Source: a bacterium
GTDB lineage: Bacteria > Pseudomonadota > Alphaproteobacteria > Rs-D84 > CACZYB01
Direction: 5' to 3'
DNA: 64,000 nucleotides
NCBI GenBank assembly: GCA_014803575.1
Contig: JAAVBO010000003.1
Location: 87,165-151,164, forward strand
Numbering within the stretch: position 1 is the first letter of the stretch; each line of letters opens with the position of its first letter. The translations under genes were made by a program, and so were the position numbers. Below are positions 37,948 to 47,950 of the stretch, piece by piece. The notes under the pieces were generated by a model. The model was not told the DNA's origin. It searched no databases and saw only the letters and a program-made list of their open reading frames with translations.

Positions 37948-38814
37948 CTATCTAAAAAGGACCGGTAATGCAAATAAAAGGGCAAGTATACCAAATAAAA
38001 ATTGTTCCTTTGGTGTTCGTTCTTTATAAATATAAGCGGATAGAATCATTATTATTGGGGTTGCAATCCTCATAAATAAAAAAGTTATGCTTACGGAAAG
38101 GAAGTGTTGCATAGAATAAAGAATTGCAAATTCACCCATTGTAAAAACTACACCTATTGCCATAAGGGCAGGTTGTTTTAGTTGTTTGAAACAATTGTAT
38201 TGTTTTTCCCTTAAAAGGAAGAATGTTGAAATTAAAAAACATACAGTGGAGCTTATCATACTGTATATATACCAGTTAAATCCACCAATTCCGATTTTAT
38301 CAGTAGTCATATTTATTATAATAAGAATTGTTAGTAATATGAATAGTTTTTTTACATATTTACTTAAATCACATGCTGGACCTTTTAAAAAGAAAATTAC
38401 ACCTAATATGCTTAATGCTATACAAGAAAATAGTTGTGGGTATGTTAAGCTTTCGGATAGAATAAAACTGTTTATGATTGCGCCGATACCCAAAGATATA
38501 AAGCCTGCAAAGAATGATGATGAATTGCTTTCCTTTGCAATTTCTGCGGTGTATTTTAGGGAAAGGTATAAAAGTATTCCCTTTATTATACAGGCAAGAA
38601 GAGGGACACATTTATTTGTATTTATTTCTTTTAATGGAAGTAATAAATCATACATAAATGGTATTGTCATAATTAAAAATATAACTATGTATGCTCCGTT
38701 TGCGAAAGTGATTTGTTTAGAGGAGAAATTTTTTGTTCCGATTTTTACTGTGAATGATCTTAATACTATAACTGTAGTAATTAATATTCCGGCAATGAAA
38801 GATGTTAATGTCAT
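37948..38814 (-). CDS. Integral membrane protein (possibly EamA/DMT-like)
   Basis: 288 aa with ~9-10 predicted TM segments. No diagnostic motif. Confidence 0.35.
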   Translation of the reverse strand: MTLTSFIAGILITTVIVLRSFTVKIGTKNFSSKQITFANGAYIVIFLIMTIPFMYDLLLPLKEINTNKCVPLLACIIKGILLYLSLKYTAEIAKESNSSSFFAGFISLGIGAIINSFILSESLTYPQLFSCIALSILGVIFFLKGPACDLSKYVKKLFILLTILIIINMTTDKIGIGGFNWYIYSMISSTVCFLISTFFLLREKQYNCFKQLKQPALMAIGVVFTMGEFAILYSMQHFLSVSITFLFMRIATPIIMILSAYIYKERTPKEQFLFGILALLFALPVLFR

Positions 38815-38953
38815 TTTTAATTCCTTTATTTTTTTATGATTATATTCTTATTGGTGATTTTTTTCAATATTTTTTATGATTTTTATTTTTGACTTGAAAA
38901 AATATTGTATTCTATTTATACTTTAAACACTTTAATATTATAGGAGTTAAAAT

Positions 38954-39520
38954 ATGAAACAACAAGCTAATCAAATAAGACCAGGTTGGGTTATTCTTAA
39001 CAATGGTAAACAATATACTGTTATCGGTATTCAAATTTTGCAACCTGGAAAGGGTGGCGCATTTATCCAAGTTGAAATGCGTGATGTTGAAACCGGACTT
39101 AAAACACAAGAAAGATGGAGAACTGTTGATTCAGTTGAAAAGCTTCTTGCGGAAGATAAAAACTATCAATTCCTTTACAAGGAAGGTGATGACCTTGTGT
39201 TTATGGAAGAAGAAACTTATGAACAAATCACTATCTCACCTGATTTATTGGGGGACAGACTTCCACTTCTTCAAGACGGTATGAAAGTGATTATTTCTTC
39301 TATTGAAGGAAAGCCTGTATCAATACAACTTCCAAAAACAGTTGTTGCGAAAATTTCTGAAACTGAACCTGTTGTAAAGGGACAAACCGCAACAAGTTCA
39401 TTTAAGCCTGCGATACTTGATAACGGTATTCGTGTTATGGTTCCACAGTTTTTAGATGCGGGTGATGATATAGTTATTTTGACTGATGATTTAACTTATA
39501 TCGAACGTGCGAAAAAATAA
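38954..39520 (+). CDS. efp: Elongation factor P
   Basis: 188 aa with an EF-P KOW-like N-terminal domain (GKGGAFIQVEMRDVETG) and two OB domains. Confidence 0.95.
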   Translation: MKQQANQIRPGWVILNNGKQYTVIGIQILQPGKGGAFIQVEMRDVETGLKTQERWRTVDSVEKLLAEDKNYQFLYKEGDDLVFMEEETYEQITISPDLLGDRLPLLQDGMKVIISSIEGKPVSIQLPKTVVAKISETEPVVKGQTATSSFKPAILDNGIRVMVPQFLDAGDDIVILTDDLTYIERAKK

Positions 39521-39523
39521 TTT

Positions 39524-39551
39524 CACAGCCTCTTTTAAGAGGCTTTTTTAT
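39524..39551 (+). terminator. Terminator after efp
   Basis: agcctctt-ttaa-gaggct followed by a T-run. Confidence 0.55.
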
Positions 39552-39561
39552 TGGAGGGAGT

Positions 39562-40152
39562 ATGATTGTTAAGCGATTTATCAAAGGTCCGCTTCAAAAT
39601 AACAATTATGTGATTATTGATGAAGAATCTCGTGAAGCGGTACTTATTGATTGCAGTGAGCCATCTGATGATATTATGGATTATATAAAGGAGCAGGGGG
39701 CAACATTGAAATATATACTTCTTACCCATACACACCCTGATCATATACAAGGGGTTAATTATTATAGAAAGAAGTATGGGGTTTCGGTTTTTCTTCATAA
39801 GGATGACTTTCCTCTATTGAGTCAGCTTGGTCAATATTTTGCAGGGGCGGAGTCCGTTTCGGTGGATAAATTGTTTGATGATGATGCAGAGTTTAGTATA
39901 GGTAATAAAAAGATAAAAGTTATACATACCGCTGGGCATACTGAGGGTAGTGTATGCTTTTTGATTGATAATATGCTTTTTTCAGGGGATACTTTGTTTT
40001 ACGGAACTTATGGTCGGACGGACTTGCCGTTTGGTGATGAAAGGAAGATGTTTGAAAGTTTGAAAAGACTTTTTAAACTTGATAATGATATTGTTGTTTA
40101 TCCGGGACATGGAAGAGATACCGGAATAGGGGCGGAGAAAGTTAGATATTAA
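39562..40152 (+). CDS. MBL-fold hydrolase (GloB/hydroxyacylglutathione hydrolase-like)
   Basis: THTHPDHIQG, the classical HxHxDH motif. 196 aa. Confidence 0.7.
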   Translation: MIVKRFIKGPLQNNNYVIIDEESREAVLIDCSEPSDDIMDYIKEQGATLKYILLTHTHPDHIQGVNYYRKKYGVSVFLHKDDFPLLSQLGQYFAGAESVSVDKLFDDDAEFSIGNKKIKVIHTAGHTEGSVCFLIDNMLFSGDTLFYGTYGRTDLPFGDERKMFESLKRLFKLDNDIVVYPGHGRDTGIGAEKVRY

Positions 40153-40222
40153 AATTTGAAATATCATCTAAACTTATTTAATTTTTTTACTCTGTAAACT
40201 TAACAAACAAAAGGAGTAAAAA

Positions 40223-40834
40223 ATGACAATATATACATATTTAAGGGTATCAACAGACAAGCAGGATTATTATAATCAGCGGGTTGGAATTATTGATTTT
40301 TGTAATAAAAACGGATGGAAGATTGATAAAGAAATTATTGATGACGGTGTTAGTGGTGTAAAGGAACCTATTAACAGAAAACTTGGTAAATTATTAAAAG
40401 AAATAAAATGTGGTGATATTTTGGTGGTGTCGGAAATTTCACGGTTGGGAAGAAAGCTTTTTATGCTTTTTCGCATACTTGAAAATCTGCTTAATAATGG
40501 GGTTAATGTTTATTCCGTGAAGGATGGATATTCTCTTGATAATTCTATACAAAGTAAGGTGTTGGCGTTTGCTTTTGGAATGGCGGCTGAAATAGAGCGT
40601 GATATGATTTCGCTTAGGACGAAGGAGGCTTTGGCTAAAAAAAGGAAAGATGGAGTTGTCCTCGGACGACCAAAAGGTAGAAAAAATAAAAGGTTGAAGC
40701 TTTGTGATAAGGTTGAGGATATAAGGTATTTGTTGGATTTACAGATTCCGAAAATAAGAATTGCAAAAAAATTGAAAGTTTCAAAAAATACTTTGAATAG
40801 GTTTATTAAATTATATGATATAAAAAAATGTTAA
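40223..40834 (+). CDS. Small serine recombinase (Hin/Gin invertase / resolvase family)
   Basis: YLRVSTDKQ catalytic-Ser motif, GDILVVSEISRLGR and GRPKG motifs, and a C-terminal HTH (IAKKLKVSKNTLNRFIK). 203 aa. Confidence 0.85.
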   Translation: MTIYTYLRVSTDKQDYYNQRVGIIDFCNKNGWKIDKEIIDDGVSGVKEPINRKLGKLLKEIKCGDILVVSEISRLGRKLFMLFRILENLLNNGVNVYSVKDGYSLDNSIQSKVLAFAFGMAAEIERDMISLRTKEALAKKRKDGVVLGRPKGRKNKRLKLCDKVEDIRYLLDLQIPKIRIAKKLKVSKNTLNRFIKLYDIKKC

Positions 40835-40846
40835 AATTATATAAAA

Positions 40847-40868
40847 AATCCCCCGTACGGAGGATTTT
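40847..40868. terminator. Hairpin trailer shared with tRNA-Lys(TTT); bidirectional terminator
   Basis: aatcccccgtacggaggatt is the reverse-complement copy of the aatcctccgtatgggggatt element at 43325-43344 and 48985-49004. Confidence 0.55.
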
Positions 40869-40875
40869 CAAACTT

Positions 40876-40951
40876 TGGTGGGTGATTGGGGATTCGAACC
40901 CCAGACCCACTGATTAAGAGTCAGTTGCTCTACCAACTGAGCTAATCACCC
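40876..40951 (-). tRNA. tRNA-Lys (anticodon CTT)
   Basis: 76-nt cloverleaf read by hand: GGGTGAT acceptor, anticodon loop CTCTTAA, T-loop GGTTCGAATCC, and an encoded CCA. Confidence 0.85.
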
Positions 40952-41069
40952 AAAAATATTTTTTAAGTATAAATGCTTTTATTCATAAATTCAAGTATTT
41001 TTTATAAATAAAAATTTTTATTTGAAAGGGAAGTAAACAAAATATATTTCTTTACTTCCCATATTACCC

Positions 41070-41654
41070 TTACTTTTCAGACATTACTTCCTTTACCCAA
41101 GAGGAAAGATTTTTACCAGTTCTTCCATAGGTTACATAGGAATTTTGTTCTACATCACATCCTTTGCAAAGAGAAGTCAAATCTGTGACTGTTTTATCTT
41201 TTCCGCCACCGCCATGAGTTATAAAAGGAATAACTTTTTTTCCTGTCAAATCATTTTCAGATACAAAAGTTCTTACCGGTGTTGATGCGGTTCCCCACCA
41301 TACAGGAGTTCCGATGAATACTATATCATAATCGGCTATATTTTCTACCTTGGATTTAAGCGGTGGAAGAGTTCCATTACTTAATTCCTCTTTTGCTTTC
41401 TTTGTCTGTTCGTCATAATCACTTGGATAGGGTGTTTTCAGTTCTATACTAAACAAATCGCCATTAGTTTCCTTTTGTATTTGTTGGGCAATTTCCTTTG
41501 TATTTCCGCTTAACGAATAATAAGCAATCAATATTTTTGATTTATCAATATTTTGTGCACTGACTTGGGTTGATAAAAGCATACTTGCTAAACCTATTAC
41601 AAATTTTTTATTCATATTTTTCTCCTTTGTTTTGTTGATATAAGAAATCCGCAA
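41070..41654 (-). CDS. Flavodoxin-family protein with an N-terminal signal peptide
   Basis: ILIAYYSLSGNTKEIA flavodoxin FMN-binding N-motif and IPFITHGGGG. The likely start is MNKKFVIGLASMLL. Confidence 0.6.
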   Translation of the reverse strand: MRISYINKTKEKNMNKKFVIGLASMLLSTQVSAQNIDKSKILIAYYSLSGNTKEIAQQIQKETNGDLFSIELKTPYPSDYDEQTKKAKEELSNGTLPPLKSKVENIADYDIVFIGTPVWWGTASTPVRTFVSENDLTGKKVIPFITHGGGGKDKTVTDLTSLCKGCDVEQNSYVTYGRTGKNLSSWVKEVMSEK

Positions 41655-41754
41655 ATTTATTTTACAAGTTAAAGTTAACTCTAAGTCAAGTGTTTTTTAT
41701 TTTCTATTGACTTAGAGCCAACTTTAAGGCAATATATTAATCACAAAAAAGGAG

Positions 41755-42192
41755 ATGAAAATGACTTATACAATAGGACAAGTTGCGAAAAAAACAGGAC
41801 TTACAACTCATACTTTACGCTTTTATGATAAAGAAGGGCTTTTGCCGAATGTTAAGAAAAATCTGTCCGGAATAAGATATTTTTCTGATAATGACTTAAA
41901 TTGGATTGTTATATTAGAATGTCTAAAATCAACCGGACTTTCATTAAAAGATATAAAACATTACATAGATTTATATAAACTAGGTAACAAATCGTTAAAT
42001 GAAAGATTAGAAATTTTTAAAATACAAAAAAAGCGTGTAAAAGAACAAATTTCATTACTTAAAGAAAATATGAAAAAAATAGATTTTAAGATTAAATATT
42101 ATGAAGAGGCAATTAAAAATGGTGAAGAAAATATTTACGAAAAAAATACTTATTTAGCAAAAGAAAGAAATAGAGTTTTAAAATTAAAATAG
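41755..42192 (+). CDS. MerR-family transcriptional regulator
   Basis: YTIGQVAKKTGLTTHTLRFYDKEGLL: a MerR HTH. Confidence 0.8.
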   Translation: MKMTYTIGQVAKKTGLTTHTLRFYDKEGLLPNVKKNLSGIRYFSDNDLNWIVILECLKSTGLSLKDIKHYIDLYKLGNKSLNERLEIFKIQKKRVKEQISLLKENMKKIDFKIKYYEEAIKNGEENIYEKNTYLAKERNRVLKLK

Positions 42193-42208
42193 TTTATCAG
42201 AGGTTATT

Positions 42209-43171
42209 ATGAAAAAAAATTTTTTCAAAATTAGCACGTCATTATTCATACTTTTTGCCATATGTTTTTTTATATATGTATTTTTTATACCTGTCAGTAA
42301 AGATGAAAAAACAATAATTGAAATAAATCAGGGGGACAGATTGTCTGTTGTTGCGGATAAACTTTACAATAAAAAAATCATAAACTCAAAATTTTTATTT
42401 AAGCTTTGGATGTATCTTACATGGAACCAAAACAAAATAAAAATCGGGGAATATGAAATTTTGCCATCATCCACACTTAATCAGATAAAATCTGTTGTTA
42501 CAAGCGGACGAATGTATAATAAATATATCACTATTCCGGAGGGATTAACCGTAAAACAAATATATGAAATTTTAGATAGTCGCGACGATTTGGTTGGCAA
42601 AATTACAGAGGTCACAGAGGAGGGATTTCTACTTCCGCAAACATATGCATACAATAAAAATATTTCCAAAAATGACTTAATTATTAAAATGAAAAAGGCA
42701 ATGGAGGAAACTATTGATAAAGAATGGGAAAAACGAGATGATGGACTTCCGCTTAAAAATAAAAAAGAAGCTATAATACTTGCTTCCATAGTGGAAAAAG
42801 AAACCGGTATTCCGGAGGAAAGAGGTTTGGTTGCATCCGTTTTCATAAATCGTCTTAACAATAATTGGCGTATTCAAAGTGATCCTACCGTAATTTATAC
42901 TCTTACAAATAAGTATGGAAATATGATGGGTCGAAAACTTTATAAAAAGGATTTAGAGGCGGATACTCCTTACAATACTTATAAAATAAAGGGGCTTCCG
43001 GTTGGTGCAATTGCCAATCCCGGACTTGAAAGTATAAAAGCAGTCCTTCATCCTGTAAAATCAGATTATTTTTATTTTGTTGCTGATGGAAGTGGCGGAC
43101 ATAAATTCGCAACTACCCTTGAAGAACACGAAAAAAACAGGGCAAAATGGAAAGAAATAAGAGATAAATAA
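42209..43171 (+). CDS. mltG: Endolytic murein transglycosylase MltG (YceG family)
   Basis: N-terminal TM, a YceG-like domain, and conserved IPEG...ASIVEKET...PTVIYT motifs. Confidence 0.8.
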   Translation: MKKNFFKISTSLFILFAICFFIYVFFIPVSKDEKTIIEINQGDRLSVVADKLYNKKIINSKFLFKLWMYLTWNQNKIKIGEYEILPSSTLNQIKSVVTSGRMYNKYITIPEGLTVKQIYEILDSRDDLVGKITEVTEEGFLLPQTYAYNKNISKNDLIIKMKKAMEETIDKEWEKRDDGLPLKNKKEAIILASIVEKETGIPEERGLVASVFINRLNNNWRIQSDPTVIYTLTNKYGNMMGRKLYKKDLEADTPYNTYKIKGLPVGAIANPGLESIKAVLHPVKSDYFYFVADGSGGHKFATTLEEHEKNRAKWKEIRDK

Positions 43172-43241
43172 TATTTTTATAAAAAATGCTTGACTATATA
43201 CTTTTTTGTAGTATTATTTATTGCTATAAAGCATTAGCTTT

Positions 43242-43317
43242 GGGTGTTTAGCTCAGCTGGTAGAGCAACTGACTTTTAATCAGTGGGTCACAGGTTCAAG
43301 TCCTGTAACACCCACCA
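43242..43317 (+). tRNA. tRNA-Lys (anticodon TTT)
   Basis: 76 nt: GGGTGTT acceptor, anticodon loop CTTTTAA, T-arm GGTTCAAGTCC, and an encoded CCA. Confidence 0.85.
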
Positions 43318-43352
43318 AAGTTTGAAAATCCTCCGTATGGGGGATTTTTTTT
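43309..43352 (+). repeat. Left 44-bp direct repeat (tRNA-Lys 3' end plus trailer hairpin); attL-like
   Basis: 43 of 44 positions match 48969-49012. Confidence 0.7.
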
Positions 43353-43384
43353 CTGAGAAAAATAAATATATAGGAGGAGTTAAA

Positions 43385-44100
43385 ATGGCAGATAATAAAA
43401 AATCGTTTTTGAAATATCTAAAACAAGAAAAATTACAAGGAAAAATCAGAAGTTATGAATTATATTTTAAAAGAAAACTTACTGAATTGGAACAAACTAT
43501 TTTTGGTATTACAGGAAAACAGCTTTTTGAAATTGATAATGTTGCCGATTTAGAAAAATTATTAGAAGAATTAAGTGAAGAAAAAAATGGCGTGATTATT
43601 CCTCTAAATATGGCCATGGTATTCCCAATGCCATAGTTGCTACACATTATAGAAATTTTTTAAAATCAAAAAAAATTATTAAAGATATTGAAGATGATAC
43701 AATCAAAATAAGTAAAAAAACTGAAAGAAAAGCCTTTATTAAATTAAGGTTAGGACAATCAACGCTTCGTAAAAAAATTCTTAAAAAAAGAAAAGAATGT
43801 GAAATTTGTAAAATTAAAAATAAAAAACTATTAATTATTAGTCATATAAAACCTTGGGCTAAATCTAACGATTTAGAAAAACTTAGTGAAGACAATATTT
43901 TATTATTATGTCCTATGCATGATGCATTATTTGATAAAGGTTTAATTTCTTTTGATGAAAATGGTAAAATCTTAATTTCATCTAAACTTGATAAGAATGA
44001 ATTGAAATTGATGAATATTGATAAAGGAAGTAATATAAAAATAAATTCAGAAGAGCAAATTGAATTTTTAAAATATCATAGAAAAAAATATTTTCCTTAA
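43385..44100 (+). pseudogene. HNH nuclease (HNH_2-like), frameshifted
   Basis: The N-terminal part (MADNKKSF...) ends in frame at 43636. The HNH core (CEICKIKNKKLLIISHIKPWAKS...LLCPMHDALFDKG) continues in another frame with no ATG until 43915. A shift of one base at ~43600-43625 explains this. Confidence 0.5.
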
Positions 44101-44255
44101 ATAACTTCAATATCTTTCAATATCTATAAATACCTCACTAAAACCTACCATTAATTTAAATTGTAAAGTAGGTTTCTGGGGGGCTTTCATACCATTTTCT
44201 TTTTTCAATGAATGGGCGTAGGTTGTGGAAAGATTAAGGATTTTGTATTTGTAAT

Positions 44256-44916
44256 TTACTTTGCACCCATACTTGAAAGCTCTGATTTCTCATCATTATT
44301 ATTGGCTTTCACAAAGCCGTAATCAAAGAAAATGCTTGGGCTGAAATCACGCAAAAGTATATTCTGACTTTTAAAAATATCGCTCATGCTAAACTTCAAA
44401 TCGTTCCTTATGTAAAAACCGCTGTCCCCCGGTAATACCATCATTGCTAAATCCACGAACGGAGGCCTCACTTCCAATATAAAATCCGTCGGAGGAGAAA
44501 AGTTCATCACGGCTGTATTGCCCGTCAAATGTAGTTGCCAAATTTACAAAACCGAAATTAAATTCCTTGTCAATATAGGCGTTTGTGATAGTGTTAAGAA
44601 GTTTGTTTATCTCATCTACGGTCAAGCATTTATTAAGAAAAGGTTTTGCAAGTTTGTTGATTTCGCCAGAGGAAAGTTTTGTATTCCCATCAAATTCAAT
44701 GCTGTTGATTTGAACGCAGTGTGATGATTTTTGAGGGGCAGTTTCCTCCTGTTGTTGAGGTTGTTGTGTTACGGGTTTTGTGATTGCTCGTTCAAGCTCC
44801 TGCCTTCTAAATCCCGCATCAATTAATTGTTGTTGTGAACGTTGAATTTGTTCAGGAGTTTGCGAAAACACTACCCTCGCACAGAATACAAAAATAACTA
44901 AAAATACCTTTTTCAT
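44256..44916 (-). pseudogene. Remnant of a TpsB (ShlB/FhaC-type) two-partner-secretion transporter, truncated and frameshifted
   Basis: Signal peptide plus a POTRA-like region (VQINSIEFDGNTKLSSGEINKLAKPFLNKCLTVDEINKL). Only ~260 aa span two frames. No TpsA gene is nearby. Confidence 0.45.
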
Positions 44917-45297
44917 AATGGGAAAATTATACTATTTGCGATTTTTAATGCAAGGGGAAAATTGAAAGTAAATCGGTATTTATATTTTGTTCTTGACTTT
45001 TTGGAGAAAATGTAGTATTTATATATAAATCGTGAATAATAAATGAAAATAAAGCTTCGTAATGTGTGTATTGAATTTTATTGATATTAAAACTTTTGTT
45101 AATATCTCAACTCCACTTGTAATAAATTGTTTACAAGAAATGAAAGGAGAAATTATGGGAATATTAATGAGAAGTGTAGAGTTGTACCTATTGCTGTGGA
45201 GTATATGATATTTACATATATTTTAATATCTTTTTCTTTATATACATAGAAGAGTCAATAGGAGATAATTTTATATTATCTGACTCCACACCATTTT

Positions 45298-45966
45298 TTA
45301 ATCAGGAAAGTTCTCAATAAAATCTTTAAGTTCTTCGAGTATAATAAAAGCATTTGTTGTTGGATTATTTAAGTCTATTTCTTTATTATCAATAATACAG
45401 TGTTCTTTCCTAATTTTTTTAGCGTTTTCAATTGCTATTGATATATTATTTTGCATTTTAGAAAAATCTAATTCTTTTTCATAATTTAGTAAATATTTTT
45501 TTAATTTACAAGGACAGTCATCTTTAGATATTTCAGTTGGACAATATACAAAATGTAATAATGCCCAAAATTCTATATTAGGAATACTATATATAAAATG
45601 TATACCATGTTCTTTTGCTTTCTTTATAGCGTTTTGTAATTTAGTTTTATGAGCATTAGTTGTTCTATCATCTTCATCAATTACAACAAAAACTTTATCA
45701 TGTTCATTTTTATCTTTAGTTTCTTCAATTGCTCTATCAGTTAATTTTTCACAATCTTGATCACTTCCTGGTCTTGGAATATCTATTTGTCCCAAAATAG
45801 TTCTTCGTTTATTTTCGTTATCAGGATAAATTTCTCTTACAAGAAAATTTTTTAAATCAGTTAAATATTTTGATTCTGTAACTTTCCCTTCAACAAAAAA
45901 ATCAACACGGGGTCTTTGAATTTTGAGTTTGTTAAAATATTGATCTCTTTTATTTTTTTTAGGCAT
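45298..45966 (-). CDS. RloB-like (TOPRIM-like) protein, partner of the AAA_21 ATPase (AbiLii-like)
   Basis: N-terminal motif RVDFFVEGKVTESKYL (an EGxxTE-type motif) and an IEFWALLHF motif, both recalled as typical of the RloB family. Confidence 0.6.
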   Translation of the reverse strand: MPKKNKRDQYFNKLKIQRPRVDFFVEGKVTESKYLTDLKNFLVREIYPDNENKRRTILGQIDIPRPGSDQDCEKLTDRAIEETKDKNEHDKVFVVIDEDDRTTNAHKTKLQNAIKKAKEHGIHFIYSIPNIEFWALLHFVYCPTEISKDDCPCKLKKYLLNYEKELDFSKMQNNISIAIENAKKIRKEHCIIDNKEIDLNNPTTNAFIILEELKDFIENFPD

Positions 45967-45968
45967 TA

Positions 45969-47330
45969 TTATTCATCCATTAATTTTTCTAATTCTCTAA
46001 TATCTCCTAGAAAGGGAATTGCTCCAAATCTACCTTTTAAATAACCGGATTCATAATCATAATTATTTCTTATATCTTTGAATGATGATAATGGATAAAC
46101 TGTTGATACTCCAGAAATATCTTTTTCTATAAACCAAATTTCATCCCGTCTTAATATATCACTTTTTAATAAATTAACATCATGGGTTGTACATATAAGT
46201 TGAGCTCCACCTTTGTTTATCTTTGGATTATTAAAAGCTTGAACCAATCTTTTAACAAGAATAGGATGTAGAGATCTTTCTATTTCATCACAAATAAATA
46301 TTCCACCATTTATAAAAGCAGGATAGAACATAATTATTTTACTTAAAAAAGCTAATGTACCGTCACTTTCTTGATTATTACTTAAAGGATATTCATTACC
46401 ATCTTTACCAATATGATAGTATTTTAACTGATAATCATATTTTGGAGGTTCAAAATTTTCTATTTGCACACTTTTAAATTTTGCAGTTATTTTTTTATTA
46501 AATATATCAAATAATTCCTTATTAAGAGATTGTGTTTCTTCATCAATTTTAATTTGTTCTATTTCAAATCTAGAAATACCTAAATCAATAGAATTAAGCC
46601 ATTGACTAATTTTATTAATTTCTCGCTTATTATTATATAATTCTACTAATCTATTATCAGGAATTTGAAATTCATTACAGAAGATAAAACATTTATTAAA
46701 AAACTTATGTATTCTTGTATAAGGAATTATATTTCTTTTTGTTAATAGTTCTAAGACTAAAACATCTTGTCTTTTAGATATAGTATCCTTAATATAATCT
46801 TTATCATAATTAGAGATATCACTGTCCTCATAAACTATATTTCCATTTTCTCTATTGTATAGTATTTTATTATTAGATGTTAAAGTTTCTGTTTTTATAA
46901 TTTGTTTGTTAAATATTAATTTATATATTATAATTTTCTTATCTAAGAAAAACTCAAATTCGAGAAGAGAATCTTTAGATTTACTTTCTTCATCAAGGAT
47001 GAAAGGAACATATGCAGATAATTTTGATAAATTTTTTTCTGAATTATTTAAAAATTGTTTCATTTTTAAAAATAATGATAATAATTTAGATTTACCAGAA
47101 GCATTTGCTCCATAAAAAATAGAAACAGGTAATACTTTATCTTCATCTTCTTTTGTTTCTATTAAATTCCAAAATTCTTTTTGTGAAGAGAAACGAGTTT
47201 CTTCAGAAAATAAAATATGATTTTCATCTTTGAAAGAAAAATGGTTAGAAAAAGATATTCTAATTATATTAGATCTTTCTTTTTTCATAGTATATCTCCG
47301 AATTTTAGTTAACTGATATTTATAATACAT
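45969..47330 (-). CDS. AAA_21-type ATPase (AbiLi / RloC-like abortive-infection ATPase)
   Basis: Walker A GANASGKSK, ICDEIERSLHP (Walker B / D-loop) and LICTTHDVNLL (H-loop). 453 aa. It lies 2 bp upstream of the RloB-like gene. Confidence 0.65.
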   Translation of the reverse strand: MYYKYQLTKIRRYTMKKERSNIIRISFSNHFSFKDENHILFSEETRFSSQKEFWNLIETKEDEDKVLPVSIFYGANASGKSKLLSLFLKMKQFLNNSEKNLSKLSAYVPFILDEESKSKDSLLEFEFFLDKKIIIYKLIFNKQIIKTETLTSNNKILYNRENGNIVYEDSDISNYDKDYIKDTISKRQDVLVLELLTKRNIIPYTRIHKFFNKCFIFCNEFQIPDNRLVELYNNKREINKISQWLNSIDLGISRFEIEQIKIDEETQSLNKELFDIFNKKITAKFKSVQIENFEPPKYDYQLKYYHIGKDGNEYPLSNNQESDGTLAFLSKIIMFYPAFINGGIFICDEIERSLHPILVKRLVQAFNNPKINKGGAQLICTTHDVNLLKSDILRRDEIWFIEKDISGVSTVYPLSSFKDIRNNYDYESGYLKGRFGAIPFLGDIRELEKLMDE

Positions 47331-47496
47331 ATATTTTTAACGAAATCAATAAAATTTGCATTTTTTTTGCAAACATTGTCATAAAAAATTCTTATATAAA
47401 AAATTTTATTTACATTTGTATATATTTGTATTGACAATGCAAATAAAATAAGATATACATAAAATTATGTATATAAAATTATATAAGGATACAAAA

Positions 47497-47673
47497 ATGA
47501 TTAACATAAATATAAGAATTGATGAGCAATTAAAAAAGGATACTGAGGTTATATTGGATAGTTTAGGATTGACTATATCTGATGCAGTAAGGATTTATTT
47601 TTCGCAGATTCGAAATACAAGGAGTATTCCTTTTATGTTGAAAAGTAATGAAGAGCCTCAAGATAAGGAGTAA
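47497..47673 (+). CDS. RelB/DinJ-family antitoxin (orphan)
   Basis: MININIRIDEQLKKDTEVILDSLGLTISDAVRIYFSQIRNTRSIPF aligns with the DinJ N-terminus. No intact toxin gene follows. Confidence 0.55.
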   Translation: MININIRIDEQLKKDTEVILDSLGLTISDAVRIYFSQIRNTRSIPFMLKSNEEPQDKE

Positions 47674-47950
47674 AATATGAAAAGACAAGAAAAATGTCCA
47701 AAGTGTAAATAAGTTCATGAAATAACAAATATATGGAAAGATTTATGTCCGCATTGTAAATTAAACATTTCTAAATTTGTATTGGTAGTCTTGTCTTTTT
47801 GGATATTTCTTATTCTAGGAGCTATTAAAAACAAATAAAACACCAGCTCCTGTATGGGCATTATGGAGTTTTATAATAAGTCTTATTATTATGATTTACG
47901 ACTTGAATTATATTTCAAAGATGAAGAAGAAATAATATATAAGGTATAAT

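Noticed and set aside
43283-43384. ORF-track start of the HNH gene at 43283 (MGHRFKSCNTHQ...)
   Set aside because: These codons are the 3' half of tRNA-Lys(TTT) and its terminator hairpin. The real start is the RBS-preceded ATG at 43385.
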